The position numbers and the translations under genes are program-made. Below are positions 25,998 through 39,437 of a stretch of DNA of 64,000 bases, piece by piece. Source of the stretch: Octopus sinensis (Eukaryota). The stretch is taken from the NCBI RefSeq assembly GCF_006345805.1, contig NC_043001.1, positions 3,472,001 through 3,536,000 on the forward strand, given 5' to 3'. Within the stretch, counting starts at the first letter, position 1. The number at the start of each line of letters is the position of its first letter. The notes beneath the pieces were generated by a model. The model did no database searches. It saw only the letters and a program-made list of their open reading frames with translations, and was not told the DNA's origin.

Positions 25998-28039
25998 TTA
26001 AATTGTTCTGAATTAAAATTTTATATTTCTTTATGTTGCAAGCACCAGCTTAATTATGACAAATATTTTATGGTTAATTGCAATACATTTCAAATTAATG
26101 AAAGTTAATCAAAGTCAAAGTAGGTTAATTTCCTTCCACAGAACCACATAATTAGAAGTCGATAGGGTTTAAAGTGCCTTCTGGAGTCCCATTGAAATTG
26201 GATGCTCACAATATCTGATGAGGATTAACAAAGGTGATGTCAGTAGTGTAGGTGGTGTTAGTAGTGGTGGTGGTGGTGGAGTGTGATGCTGCTGCTGCTG
26301 ATGATGATAGAATTTGCCGTCTTTTTGAAATATAAAACGTGGGAGCTTCTACACGACGAGCAGAAAAGTTTGTGTTTATAGTTCAAATGTCACTTGTGCC
26401 TAAATTCGAAATCACACGCCGTAAGAAAGCCAGGAAACCTGCGCGAGAAAATTAGTTTAAGCCTCGAGACCCAAGCAACAATTTATTATAAACTGCATCA
26501 CCATTAACATTGTCATCATCATTGTCGTCGTCGTCATCGTCATCATCATCGTTGTCATTACCACCTTCATTTTCATCCTCATCATCGTCGTCGTCATCAT
26601 TGTTGATGTAGTCATCATCATCAACATTTTACATATGGTACCCATGTTGGATTGGGTTATCGCGGTCTAAATCAATTCTTATTTGAATTCCATGTCCTCC
26701 AAGACAAGATCGAAAATCATGTATTGTTTTATGTCCCACTTTTGGCATGATTTCTTCAGATGGTTATTATCTTCTTCCTTACCTTTAATCAAGTAATTTG
26801 AATGATGAAAGAGATTTCTTTTGTTGCTCAATTATTCTCCTATAGATTCTTACGCACTTGAAATTTATTCCCCGTCTTTAAAATGTTCCATATTATTGCA
26901 TTATGTAGTTGTACAATTTGCTAAAAATAGCAACCAAATAACAACCCATGAAACATATTGAATAATGTACTTCGACGAACATTAGTCTTGAAAAAATATA
27001 AAAGTTCTGGAATCGTCATGGCTTGAATAGATTTCATTATAACGTTATTCAATTAATACAGACTTGTGGTTAAACAACAGCAGAAAGCAAAATGGTCTTC
27101 TACATTCAATGGTTCTTTCTTTGCAAATTTTAAAGTTTTGCATATTTATTCATTTGTAAATTGTCTTTGACAATTCTGTTTCTCCCTCTGATGGTTAATC
27201 TGCTGATATTTCTGAAATTGATTTCAGAACTAATGAAAGTAACTTTTACAAAGAGCTTTTGAAACCAAACCACGCCAAAGTTTAAGTAAGGTGAGCAAAG
27301 AATTTTTAGTTTACAATGTAAATTTTTATATGTATCAACTATTTTAGCAGAAATATAAAAATCGGTTTTTCCAGAAGTAAGAGAATCTTTACATTTTACT
27401 TTATGGTTGAAGTTGGCTTTTATTTTGGCAATCTGTGGTGACATATCAGAGTTCATGTAAATCTTTTAAAGCTTTTTCTTCTACGTACTTGTTAACTCTT
27501 TTTAAATCTTGAACTACTAAAAATAATTTGGTCTATAACAAAAAAAAGTAACAATTTGTTTTAAACCTGAACAAATCTTTTTTTGATTTTCAGAGAGATT
27601 TCGCCATCTCACTTCATCGATAATATTATTTTATAGCAGCTGGCAGGAGTTCTTGGACAAAAAAGAGCTAAAAGTTCATATACAAAGTAGTTTTAGTTAC
27701 GTTGTACAGAGTCATAAGAATGATGAGTTGCAAGTTATTTAAAGAATCAGTCTAGAATGAAGAAAGTGAACTTGTGAACTGATCACCAATGAATGACAAC
27801 ACGGGTACCTCAACTGATCAGCTACATTCAATATCTCCATCGTTCTCCCTCTCTCTTTAATTTTTTCTCTCTGTTTTTCTTTCTCTCTTTCTATTAATCT
27901 ATCAGCTTATCTCTTCCATGGTTCTACTTCAATAGAATAATCCGGAACAGAAAGTCACGATTTGTTTGGGATGTAGTTTTATTTTGCTTGGCTTTTAATA
28001 TCTTATTTCTTAAAATCATTTTAATTGTTTCAACCATCA

Positions 28040-28415
28040 GACCATGGCAATGCTGGGGCACCAATTAAAGGAATTTTAATTCAGTGAGTCAAACCTAATA
28101 CTTATTTTTTTAAGGCTTGGTACTTATTCTATTGGTTTCCTTTGCTGAACTGCTTTGTTACAGGGGCATAAACACACCAAAATCGATCGACAAATGTTGT
28201 GGTGGGGACAAACACAGAAACAACACGCACACATATATATACACACAGATATATTTACAACGTGATTCTTTCAGTTTCCGTCTACAAACTCCACTCACAA
28301 GGCTTTGATTGGTTCGATGCTATACTAGAATACATTTGCCCAAGGAATTCTGCTGTGGGACTGACCGTGGAACCATGTGATTGAGGTACAAACCTCTTAC
28401 CATACGGCCATACGT
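28040..28415 (-). mobile_element. tRNA-derived SINE, family A, diverged
   Basis: Homology to 18850-19266. Confidence 0.85.
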
Positions 28416-28499
28416 AAGCCTCGAATGTTCGTTTTTTGCTGTGTTACAAATCTGATTTATATTCTTAGAGTTTGAAGTTTGATGTTGCATGGCAGGAAG

Positions 28500-28900
28500 A
28501 TGCAGCCACTGAAACAAAGAAGAATAATGGATCCTGGAACGGAGGAAAAAGTGAGTGTGGTTGGCAGGGTGTGTGTAAAGAAAGATGCCGAACCAAGTTG
28601 AAAGAAACACAAGTCATTTGGTGAAGGAGATATGATGTCAATGGCAAAATGATGGCTTTGAAATGTCTTGAGAGATTGAAGTAGAAGAAGATGGAGACTA
28701 CGAAATATCTGGGAAGAAGTGGTGAAAGATGATGTTAGGGCCGAATTGCATAAAGGTGAGGACAACAGATTTCAATATGTGTGGAAACGCTGAAGAGAAT
28801 AAAACTCATCCATCTCGTGTAAGACTGGAGGGGGCTGACTTAAGCATGACGAGGACGAATACAAGAGGACAATGAAAGAGACAAAATCACAACGACGATG
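28500..28900 (+). mobile_element. RTE-like LINE 3' relic with (GAT)n tail
   Basis: KCLE.IEVEEDG...RNIWEEVVKDD pattern followed by the tail. Confidence 0.5.
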
Positions 28901-29169
28901 ACAAGATTAGGACAACGAGGATGATGACGACGACGACGATGATTATGATGATGACTAGCTTTTTTAATATTCAAAGAGTATCTGCTATTTAGTTATGACA
29001 GTAAAGCGAAGCAGACATTTCAGAGTCAAATTTCTTTCTGAAATAAGCAATGAGGTTCATGAGTGGAAGTTAGAAATTGGAATTGAAGAAGATTTATGAA
29101 AAGATACAGTTCAATACCTTATCCATGGTACCACTTAACTCGGTTAACAGTGAACTGAGGGTAAGATTT

Positions 29170-29460
29170 TCTGACCAGCCTTAAAAGATTAAGCAGAATA
29201 AGCTGGACAGATAGGTTGATGGATACTGCTGTACTAGATATGCTGAAAGTCTAAAGACACTTATTGTGGAGTTCCAAGTCAACAAAATATTCTGGACACA
29301 CATTGCACCACGTGTCATTGATTCAAGACTGTCCACACAGGAAAGTGGACGGGAAGAGGGCAAGATACTGTCAAAAATGTTTCTGGACGAGGAAACTGGT
29401 GAATCATGACAAGCTGAACCCAGGTCACAGGGATCGCACCTGGCCTGCTGGCTTGTTGGT
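29170..29460 (+). mobile_element. RTE-like LINE 3' relic
   Basis: RISWTDR...RHLLWSSKSTKYSGHTLHH...KVDGKRAR...RDRTW. Confidence 0.7.
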
Positions 29461-29793
29461 TGGTTGATCTTTCTTGGAGGTATTAGTTATGTAAATGAAG
29501 CCCTCTGAAAGAGTAAAACACAGAATTTGAAATTATCTAAAAGACACACACACACACACACACATTACAAATGCAGAAGAACGAAAGATTAAATTCAGTG
29601 TATTCGCTGTACTCTTGCTTTGGAGGTAACCTTTTATTCATCGATGTACCTTCAGGGAGAAATGATTTAATGTTGTTCAGGTGGAAAGTAGTTATTTTTT
29701 GTATTTAATTTCAATTTATTTATTTTCTTCCTTTTAAGTAGACTAAAATTAAACAAAATTTCACAAAAAATAAGTTGATAATAATAATAATAA

Positions 29794-29836
<43 letters not shown>

Positions 29837-30854
29837 GTAGTAATGATAAACACCGCTACTACTTCCAATAATAATGATGACGGCGACGATAATTATAATA
29901 CATCTGAAACTCACATAAATGACTATATATGGAAGTTTAGCTCATGCGTTACTCTGCAAGAGTAAAAATAAAAATATATAATAAGATGTAAAATGGTACA
30001 AGAAAACAAAACCAAAAAAGACTCCCAAAACATTATTCCATACTAATGTGTAACAGAATAAGATTTTGCTTCCTGGTTTTGGCTTTTATTATTATTTTTT
30101 ATTCTGACTTTCCATTTCTTTGATTATTGCTGTAAGGGATTAGTAACATAAAAAAGATAGATAAAGACCCCAAAAAAAATGCAAACAAGTGTTGATTGTT
30201 CGTCATATTGTTCAGTGATTTGCGAGATGGAGTTCGTTGTGTGGTATTGAGTTTGTTTTATTTCCTTTTCGAATATTCCTCACTCATTTATTTATTCCCC
30301 AAGAATTCTGTCTGAAAAACAAAAAAATAAGTACATAAATGCATAGATTAATGAAAGAATGAATAAGTAAGTGAGAATGAGAACAGCAATGTTTCTTAAA
30401 GTGTTGAGAAGAAAATGACTTGCTTCAACAGGAGAAGCAGAGTGGCTGGCGGGAAAGCAACCGCACGAAAATCAATAAAACTTATAAAAAAGAGAAACAA
30501 CCACAAAAATATATCAATAAACTATATGAAGAAAAAAGAAATAAAAATATTCCAGCGAAATATTTATAAAAAATATAAGAATTAAAAATAAATCTAATTA
30601 AAATAGTGGTAACCCTTTATTTTCAATTTCATTCGATTTTAAAATAATTCGTCTTTTTTGTAGATTGGAAAAGACAAGACTTTTAAAGATCAGACAAAAT
30701 ATTGTCATATTCTTCCCTCTGCTTAATGGTTTGTAATATATTGGCAGCAGAATATTTAGTGTGTTTAGTCTATATTTGGTCTATATTTACGTTCTAGGTT
30801 CAAATACCACCAGGGTCGAATTTTCCTGTCATCATAATAAGTAACAGTTTAGAG

Positions 30855-31233
30855 ACGGCGAGCTGGCAGAAACGTTAGCACGCCGGGCGAAATGCTTAGA
30901 TGTGGTTCGTCTGCCGCTACGTTCTGTGTTCAAATTCCGATGAGGTCGACTTTGCCTTTTATCCTTTGGGGGGGGGGCGATAAATTAAGTACCAGTTACG
31001 CACTCGGGTCAATATAATCGACTTAATCTCACTGTTTGTTCTCTATGTGTTTAGCCCCTAGTGGGTAACTGGTACTTAAATTATCGACCTCGAATGGATG
31101 AAAGGCAAAGTCGACCTCGGCGGAATTTGAACTCAGAACGTAAAGACTGACGAAATACCTATTTCTGCGATGTAATTGACTTAATCCCTTTGTTTGTTCC
31201 CTCTGTGTTTAGCCTTTGTGGGCAATAAAGAAA
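30855..31233. mobile_element. Composite family B SINE: plus-strand copy, inverted internal piece, plus-strand tail
   Basis: 30855-31068 (+), 31069-31166 (-), 31167-31233 (+). Confidence 0.85.
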
Positions 31234-31940
31234 CAAAAAAGGTTTGAGAAGGGAAAGCATGGGGAGGGGACGAAAAAACACAGAGAGAGGAAAAAAATAT
31301 GTAGGGAGGGTCGGAAAAGGTGGATGTGTAGGTAATTGCAGTGAGTGAGAAAAGTGTGACAGATGATTAGAGACAAGCAATGAGTTGGATGCAGACGATG
31401 TCAAGGAAAATGGGTGAAAAATAGGCGGTAGAATATGAGTTGTGAGGGAGGACAGAACCTCAATTCTGTTGAGATGGCTGCGGTCTTCTCATGTAGAGCA
31501 TATATATTGACATTTATCTCAGTTTTTCGTCATCTACTCTGAGAGGTTCAAGATCGTAAGCTTGAAATTCCATCCCACGCCTTCCTACTTCTTCCTCTTT
31601 CACAGATTTTTACCGTGTGTAATGAAGACCACTCCTTTATATAGCTGTCCTTATCCAGCTGCAACACAGGGCCATACCAGTGGGATCTTCTCTCCTGCAC
31701 AGATGCACTGCAAAGTTTCTTTCAATTTCCATCTAACAAATCTCACAAATGTTTAGTTGGATCAAGACTGTAGTTGAAGGCACTCGACTAAGGTGTTAAG
31801 CAGTGGAACTGAACCTGGAACAACGTGAATGGAAGGAGAACATTTAAGCACACTAGCATACCTGCACAATGACTAACAATCATGCCATGGAAGAATATAT
31901 ACATACATATATCTGTATATATATATACATATACATACAT

Positions 31941-31985
<45 letters not shown>

Positions 31986-32458
31986 TATATATCTGTATAT
32001 ATATTTACAATGGCTTTATACTGTATAGGCTAAATACAGTAAGAATAATGACGGTATATAGCCTATAATAATGTAATTTATCATTACAGGTTATTAATTT
32101 CCAATATCATAAAACTAAAATAGATTTTTTTTCAAATATTGACTCATCTAATTACAAAGCAGAAAGCTTGCTAAAGACTTAAATGCGTCTCCCAATTGAG
32201 AGACAGAAAACTTTATTCTTCTACAATATTGAAATAGAATAAATCTGCTTTGAACTCTTCCCACAAATGGAAATAAAAATAATTTCTTCTTCTTCTTCTG
32301 AGACTGCTGCTGCCTTTCCAACATTTAACCATTTTGCTGTTTAATTAGTTTCCATATTTCTAGAATTCCAAACACAGAAATCTGCCTTGAAATACATGTT
32401 AACGTATCTCACTGCTAACCAATCTGCTCTTCCATAATATGTACATACATATGATATT

Positions 32459-32514
<56 letters not shown>

Positions 32515-32791
32515 TCCTACAAACACACACATATATATATACATAAATACATACAAACACACACATATATATGCATACATATATATTCGTATATATATAT
32601 ATGTTTATGGGTGTGCATATATATGTGTGTGTGTGTGTGTGGTTGAGTGCAAGTATGAATATGCATATATAATTTTATATATGAACCCATACATATATAA
32701 TTACATACATACCTATTTACATATATACATTCATACATCCATAGATACATAGATACATAGATACATACATATATGCATACATATATATATA

Positions 32792-32867
<76 letters not shown>

Positions 32868-33441
32868 TATACTTGCATGCATGCATACATTCATACATAT
32901 ACACACATATATTTATAAAAATACAGAAATGCCTATGTCTATATAAGCGCGTTTGTGCTTCTTGTGCGTGTGTGTGTGTGTTTGTGGGTTTGTCTGTGTG
33001 TGTGTGTGTGTGTGTTATTTTGCATATGAAATATGACTGCATATGACTAATATATTTCCAGCATTTACGGTATAATTAGATACAATATTTCAAGAATTCT
33101 GAACTCGATAACTTTTCCTAAAATACAACAATTTAAACATCTCTCACTGCAATCAATTGGGCCTTAAATAATGTTAGTCCAATACAAGCCAGCAGGAGGG
33201 AGGGGACAGTAAGGGGGGTGACGATAAGGTGAGATATATGCATACATGTTTGTGCTTGTGAATGTGTGGTGTGTGTGTGTGTGTGTATTAGTGTTTATCT
33301 ATCATCGATACATATTGTATATTTTAACATTTCGCTTTGGCATATGAAACTAATAACATGGTGTAGATTTAAATATACGTATCAAACACACAAACACACA
33401 CACACACACACATGTTTCTCTCCTTGTTTTTTTCTGTGTCC

Positions 33442-33477
33442 CTTTCTGTAGAAGAGCCTAGGTTCGAAACGTAAAAG
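33442..33477 (+). ncRNA. Minimal type-I hammerhead motif (core variant CUGUAGA)
   Basis: CUUU CUGUAGA A GAGC-CUAG-GUUC GAAAC GUA/AAAG. Confidence 0.6.
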
Positions 33478-34247
33478 ACAATTTCTATCCCTGAGCGCTA
33501 TACTAATGCATCTGTTTGTTTTGTACACCACCTGTCTTCGTCTTTTGTTTTTTCGTAAACTCTCCCTATGTGTCGAAAGTAAAAATATTGATTTACACCT
33601 GCGTTAAACTCCATTATTTATTCATATATATATATATATAATATATATATATATATATGTTATACTTGCATGCATGCATACATTCATACATATACACACA
33701 TATATTTATAAAAATACAGAAATGCCTATGTCTATATAAGCGCGTTTGTGCTTCTTGTGCGTGTGTGTGTGTGTTTGTGTGTTTGTGGGTTTGTCTCTGT
33801 GTGTGTGTGTGTGTGTGTTATTTTGCATATGAAATATGACTGCATATGACTAATATATTTCCAGCATTTACGGTATAATTAGATACAATATTTCAAGAAT
33901 TCTGAACTCGATAACTTTTCCTAAAATACAACAATTTAAACATCTCTCACTGCAATCAATTGGGCCTTAAATAATGTTAGTCCAATACAAGCCAGCAGGA
34001 GGGAGGGGACAGTAAGGGGGGGGGTGACGATAAGGTGAGATATATGCATACATGTTTGTGCTTGTGAATGTGTGGTGTGTGTGTGTGTGTGTATTAGTGT
34101 TTATCTATCATCGATACATATTGTATATTTTAACATTTCGCTTTGGCATATGAAACTAATAACATGGTGTAGATTTAAATATACGTATCAAACACACAAA
34201 CACACACACACACACACATGTTTCTCTCCTTGTTTTTTTCTGTGTCC

Positions 34248-34283
34248 CTTTCTGTAGAAGAGCCTAGGTTCGAAACGTAAAAG
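34248..34283 (+). ncRNA. Duplicate of the 33442-33477 hammerhead motif
   Basis: Identical sequence 806 nt downstream. Confidence 0.6.
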
Positions 34284-34427
34284 ACAATTTCTATCCCTGA
34301 GCGCTATACTAATGCATCTGTTTGTTTTGTACACCACCTGTCTTCGTCTTTTGTTTTTTCGTAAACTCTCCCTATGTGTCGAAAGTAAAAATATTTGATT
34401 TACACCTGCGTTAAACTCCATTATTTA

Positions 34428-34469
<42 letters not shown>

Positions 34470-34603
34470 TACATATCTATATACATACATATCTATATAC
34501 ATACATAGTCTCAGACAAATATATTGATAAAGTAGATAGGTAGATAGATTGAGGTACGTAGGTACCCTTTTTCTTTTACTGCTTCCTGTCAATGGATTCT
34601 GGC

Positions 34604-35285
34604 GTTGCCAAGTTAATGTGGCAGTCCCAGGAAAGAGAAGAATTCTACTGCCATTTAACCTCAAGAAACGTCATTTCTCACTGCCCACGTGGCACAAGCG
34701 TTCTGTTTTCTTAATGTTTCAAACAGTGGAGATATGCACCTGTTTGATAAGCAGCTGTTTGAAAACTTAAGGATACAGAACGTGTGTATCACTTAGCCAC
34801 CGAGAAATGGTGTTTCTTGGGGCTAAATCGCTGCAGTTTTCTTCCTTTTCCAACAAGCCATCACTTCATCGTGCTGCGACTCTCTAAAAGATTTAGAAAT
34901 GCAATATTCCTTATTTTGTAGATCAGTGAATTTATTTTACTTGAAATTCTATAAGGTTTCAAATGCGGATAGGCATATCGACAGCTAGCAAGCCAAGTTA
35001 CTCCAGACTGATGAAGAGCAATGACTCTGAAACTAGTATCTGGATGCTGGCTTTGCTGGGTGGAGGTGCTTATCTCCCCTGTTTGAAAAGTTAAGTACAC
35101 AGTACACTTGTCTCACACAGCCAACTGGAAACGATGTTTCCTGGGGCTAAATAGCCGTAGCACTCTTCCCTTTCTGGGACTGCCTCACTAAGTTGGCAAC
35201 AAACCATCACTTTATCGTACAACTACTGCATAACTCTCTCCGAGAGGTTTAGAAATGCAACATTTCTAATTTTGTGAATTTGTTC
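34604..35285 (+). mobile_element. Non-coding hammerhead-bearing element with inverted plus partial-tandem repeats (retrozyme/PLE-pLTR-like)
   Basis: 34604-34740 is the reverse complement of 35065-35200; 34755-34923 is a diverged direct copy of 35079-35280; the HHR lies between the direct copies. Confidence 0.75.
35002..35044 (+). ncRNA. Intact minimal type-I hammerhead ribozyme
   Basis: UCCAGA CUGAUGA AGAG-CAAUGA-CUCU GAAAC UA GUA/UCUGGA: 6-bp helix I, 4-bp helix II, full core, GUA triplet, palindromic ACUAGU helix III. Confidence 0.85.
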
Positions 35286-35609
35286 TACACCTTTTTTTTC
35301 ATGCAGCAACATCTTATCTTATATTTAGTCTTAATATGGTATTTTACATTAAATCTTTTCGTAATATTCAAATAAATTATAGATCATTCACAGTTGTAAT
35401 TCACCTCTCTCTTTCTCTCTTTGTCTTTTTGTACGTACATACGAACGCATATAGTCACAGGCATTCCTTGTAGCTTCTCTAAAAGCAAGAAAAACCGGCT
35501 CGGCTTTCGATGATTCTCTTATATTTTAACCCTTCGTCTCAGGTTGGTATCAAAAATTAACTAAACTTTTATTTATTTGGGTCTGGTATCACGTAAAATG
35601 AAAGTGGTT

Positions 35610-35880
35610 TTGGCACCATGTAAAAAGCACTGGTGTTGGTACTACGGAGAGAACACTGGTAATGGAGACTTTAACGTGGCTGGCGATGGGAAGGGCATCC
35701 AGCTGTAGGGACCATGCCAAGACAGACAATGGGACCTAGCGCGGCTCCTGGACTTACCAGCTCCTGCCAAACTGACCAACCGGTGCTAGCATGGAAAATG
35801 GACGTTAAATGATGATAATGATGACGACGCTGATGATGATGATGATGATGATGATGATGACGACAACAACGATGACGTTA
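35610..35880 (+). mobile_element. Non-autonomous retroposon with ggaagggcatccagctgtag motif and (GAT)n tail; partial relatives at about 2590, 8750, 9150, 11760 and 43800 (-)
   Basis: The motif recurs, followed by gacccatgc/ggacgttaaatgatgat tails. Confidence 0.7.
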
Positions 35881-36516
35881 TACTTGAGATGCTGCGCAAT
35901 CGTGTTTAGAGGAAGAGATAGTATTTTCAGATGTGGGATTTCAGTTTTACCATTATTGATATAGAGAAATGCATGACTAATGTTTTTGAGTGTTTTTATA
36001 AATAATCTAATCTAACCTTAGCTCTCTTAAACCATCATTATGATGATAGGTTATTTGGGGAAATCAAAGTATTCTGTTTTATAAAAATGCGCAGTGTATG
36101 CATTCTTTGTCTCTCAACAACATTTCATCCTTTTAACAAACTAGTGAAGTTTTAGATTTTAATTTAAGGCAGAGAACTATATTTCAAAATATATTTTATT
36201 TTTATTAAATTAAAAGATGGAATGTGAAGGATGCGTAAATGAATATTCTATCTTGCCAAAAATACATTTTTCTCAATTATTTTTATGTATGTATTTGGTA
36301 TTTGGAGCGGGATTGATACTGCCATTTTTAAATTATGGACTAATTTAGTCGAAACCAGAAAACGGCATCGTTGTGGAATTTATTCTATTCATCAGAATTC
36401 CTTTTTTTATCACTACTTTTTGTTGTTTAGTGAATTCTGTGCATTTATTATGAAAGAAATTCTATCTGTTGTTATTGCAACAACTCTCTTTCATAGTAAA
36501 CTTTTATTTAACCTTA

Positions 36517-36686
36517 TTAATAACAATACGTGATGAAAAATTGAAATACAAATGATGAGAGCAGTATAAAAATGATTGGAAATGTCATCTTAAACGACTC
36601 TATGGAATGTGTAAATGTTGCAAGTGTGTAAATCTGTTCGAAAAGATCATGAGAAATCTGTAAACCATGAAAGAATGCTAACATTT
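36517..36686 (-). CDS. Candidate terminal exon, hydrophobic C-terminus, unidentified
   Basis: tttgtgtttgcag acceptor; single open frame MLAFFHGLQISHDLFEQIYTLATFTHSIESFKMTFPIIFILLSSFVFQFFITYCY*; AATAAA just after the stop. Confidence 0.3.
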
Positions 36687-37779
36687 CTGCAAACACAAAT
36701 TTAATTAAAAACATATTTGCACAAGCTAATACCCCAAAATATAGAAGTGGAAATATTTGAAATTAATATGGTGTACAAACAACAATTCACTGCTATATTT
36801 TCGTAATGGATCATCAGAATTGATCAAATAAACTTCACAGTAAAGGAAGTAGAGTTGAAAAAGGTTAAATTGCATCGAACTTAATGCATGAGTTTAATAC
36901 AGAATGTCACTATTCCGATTTTGTGTATGGAGTTAGTTGCCGACTTAAAAAATGTGAAACGTTTATTATTCATTGACAAATAGGCATTACAAAACAAAAA
37001 GGTTTGTGTGTGAGGTATTTTTGTTAAAGCATCAAATATGATAAATATACTTTTAGAAATGATTTCTGTAGTATCAATACATTTTTATTAAAAATCATTT
37101 AAATTGGTCATTGATTATTTGGGTTACTACTTCAGTCACAGATTTACTGTTCTGGCAATAAGCAGACAAAAGGAATTTGCATATTTACCCCCTTATTGAA
37201 CTTATCTAATACCAGAACTTGCAAATTGATTTAGCGTTTTGATTGTTCGTCCATCATCCACTGCATCAAATGATAAACGATAGAGGCATTACTCTCTCTC
37301 TCTCAGTGGCTCATAATCTTTAGGTGGTGAGTTCGATTCCTGGTGGTGCCCTGTGTCCTCCAGCAAGATATTTTATTTCACATTGCTCCAGTCCACTCAG
37401 CTAGCAAAAGTTAGATGTACCAGTAATACACAGATTCAGTCTTATCACATTCTGTGTCACATTTTCTATGACTTCAAGCCCTTCCTTTTGCTAATCTTCA
37501 CGTGGTTCCTCTTTGAAGCCAGGTATTATTGCCTCGTGACCAAACAGGACTTTATAGAAGATGATGCTGGCACTCGTTAGTCACATAATGTCAAGGCAAG
37601 GAGACATCCATATATTCATACAAATACGCATAGACAGGTATACATACACACATACACACATGTATACATACATATATATAGCAAAGGGCCAATCCCGCTC
37701 TCTAGATAATATAGGCATTCTCCCAAAAGGCAGAAATAATATATGGCGTTGGATACAAAAGAAGTTGTAGGTGTGATAT

Positions 37780-38040
37780 GCGAGTTGACATTCCATTAGA
37801 AATAATGTCTAAACAATGACCGGGCGTTTCCAGTTCCCAGTCGTTCGATGGTTATTTGCTCTACCGAGGCCAATAGCCTTTTGACAGGCTTATTTTCATT
37901 CTGCAGGGTGTCCAACAAAAGCCAACCACTATACCAAGTGGACTTGTTAAAGGTACTGGTTTAGTAGCGAATGGTTCAACCACGTGACAGGTTGTATTGG
38001 GTTACATGTTACCGGAAGCACAGAAGGTAACCTGGCATAC
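37780..38040. promoter_or_regulatory. Possible promoter-like unique island
   Basis: Relatively GC/CpG-rich non-repeat with ACCGGAAG (ETS-like), CACGTG and CCAAT/ATTGG; the motifs are short and may be chance. Confidence 0.25.
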
Positions 38041-38285
38041 GTAGGGGCAGAGAGAGAGAGAGGGAGAAAGAGCGAACGAGAGAGAGAGAGAGAGAGAGTG
38101 CGGGTATTAGTGTATGTGTGTGTGACGGGGGAATTTTATTCAACGAAACAACCAAAATATAGAGTTTACACTGCGAGACATAATTATTGTTACATGTTGC
38201 TTTACATACAGTTCTGTGGGGCCTGGAATGACAGAAAATTATACCATTACTACAGACATTTGTGCGTATGTGTATATATGTATAT

Positions 38286-38327
<42 letters not shown>

Positions 38328-38328
<1 letters not shown>

Positions 38329-38498
38329 GTGCCTATGTATGTATGCTTATATGTATATTTATATACACATCTACTATGTGCACACACGCATGTACGCATA
38401 CACACACATGCAATAAATTCCTTTCAATATACAAAACCGTTTGAATTTTAAATGATAATAATGATAATAATGATGATAATAATAATAATAATAATAAT

Positions 38499-38533
<35 letters not shown>

Positions 38534-38870
38534 AAATAAAGTATCGAAAGTCTCCATATAAGTATAACAAAAGTAATCATGTTGTTACATACAATTTCTT
38601 GCTTTTTAAATCTTCAACATGCATTAGTGTTAATACCTATATGTTACATTTAGCATGTCAGCACACACCAGCTTGTATCTGTCGTTGAGTACTGTTGAAT
38701 ATGAAGTATATTGCAAGTTTTCTTTCTTTTTCATTTTTTTATTATAGGCAGAAATACTTCAGTTTAGAATATCCAGCTATCACGTTTCGCTGAAAATTTT
38801 AAATTTCTAAAGTATATATTTGAACAGAATAACAGCAATATGTAAAAATTACTCCGTTAAAAGTTTTACG

Positions 38871-38902
<32 letters not shown>

Positions 38903-39437
38903 TATACGTGCCTATGTATGTATGCTTATATGTATATTTATATACACATCTACTATGTGCACACACGCATGTACGCATACACACACATGCAATAAATTCC
39001 TTTCAATATACAAAACCGTTTGAATTTTAAATGATAATAATGATAATAATGATGATAATAATAATAATAATAATAATAACAACAACAACAACAACAACAA
39101 AAATAAAGTATCGAAAGTCTCCATATAAGTATAACAAAAGTAATCATGTTGTTACATACAATTTCTTGCTTTTTAAATCTTCAACATGCATTAGTGTTAA
39201 TACCTATATGTTACATTTAGCATGTCAGCACACACCAGCTTGTATCTGTCGTTGAGTACTGTTGAATATGAAGTATATTGCAAGTTTTCTTTCTTTTTCA
39301 TTTTTTTATTATAGGCAGAAATACTTCAGTTTAGAATATCCAGCTATCACGTTTCGCTGAAAATTTTAAATTTCTAAAGTATATATTTGAACAGAATAAC
39401 AGCAATATGTAAAAATTACTCCGTTAAAAGTTTTACG

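Larger units (their letters stand above)
32861..34429. repeat. About 800 bp tandem duplication bounded by (TA)n
   Basis: Units about 32861-33623 and 33655-34429; the differences seen are only homopolymer or microsatellite indels. Confidence 0.95.

Noticed and set aside
30284-30311. Strong minus-strand acceptor/donor pair; similarly plus-strand 55160-55258
   Set aside because: Stops in all three frames; splice-like motifs are common by chance in AT-rich DNA.
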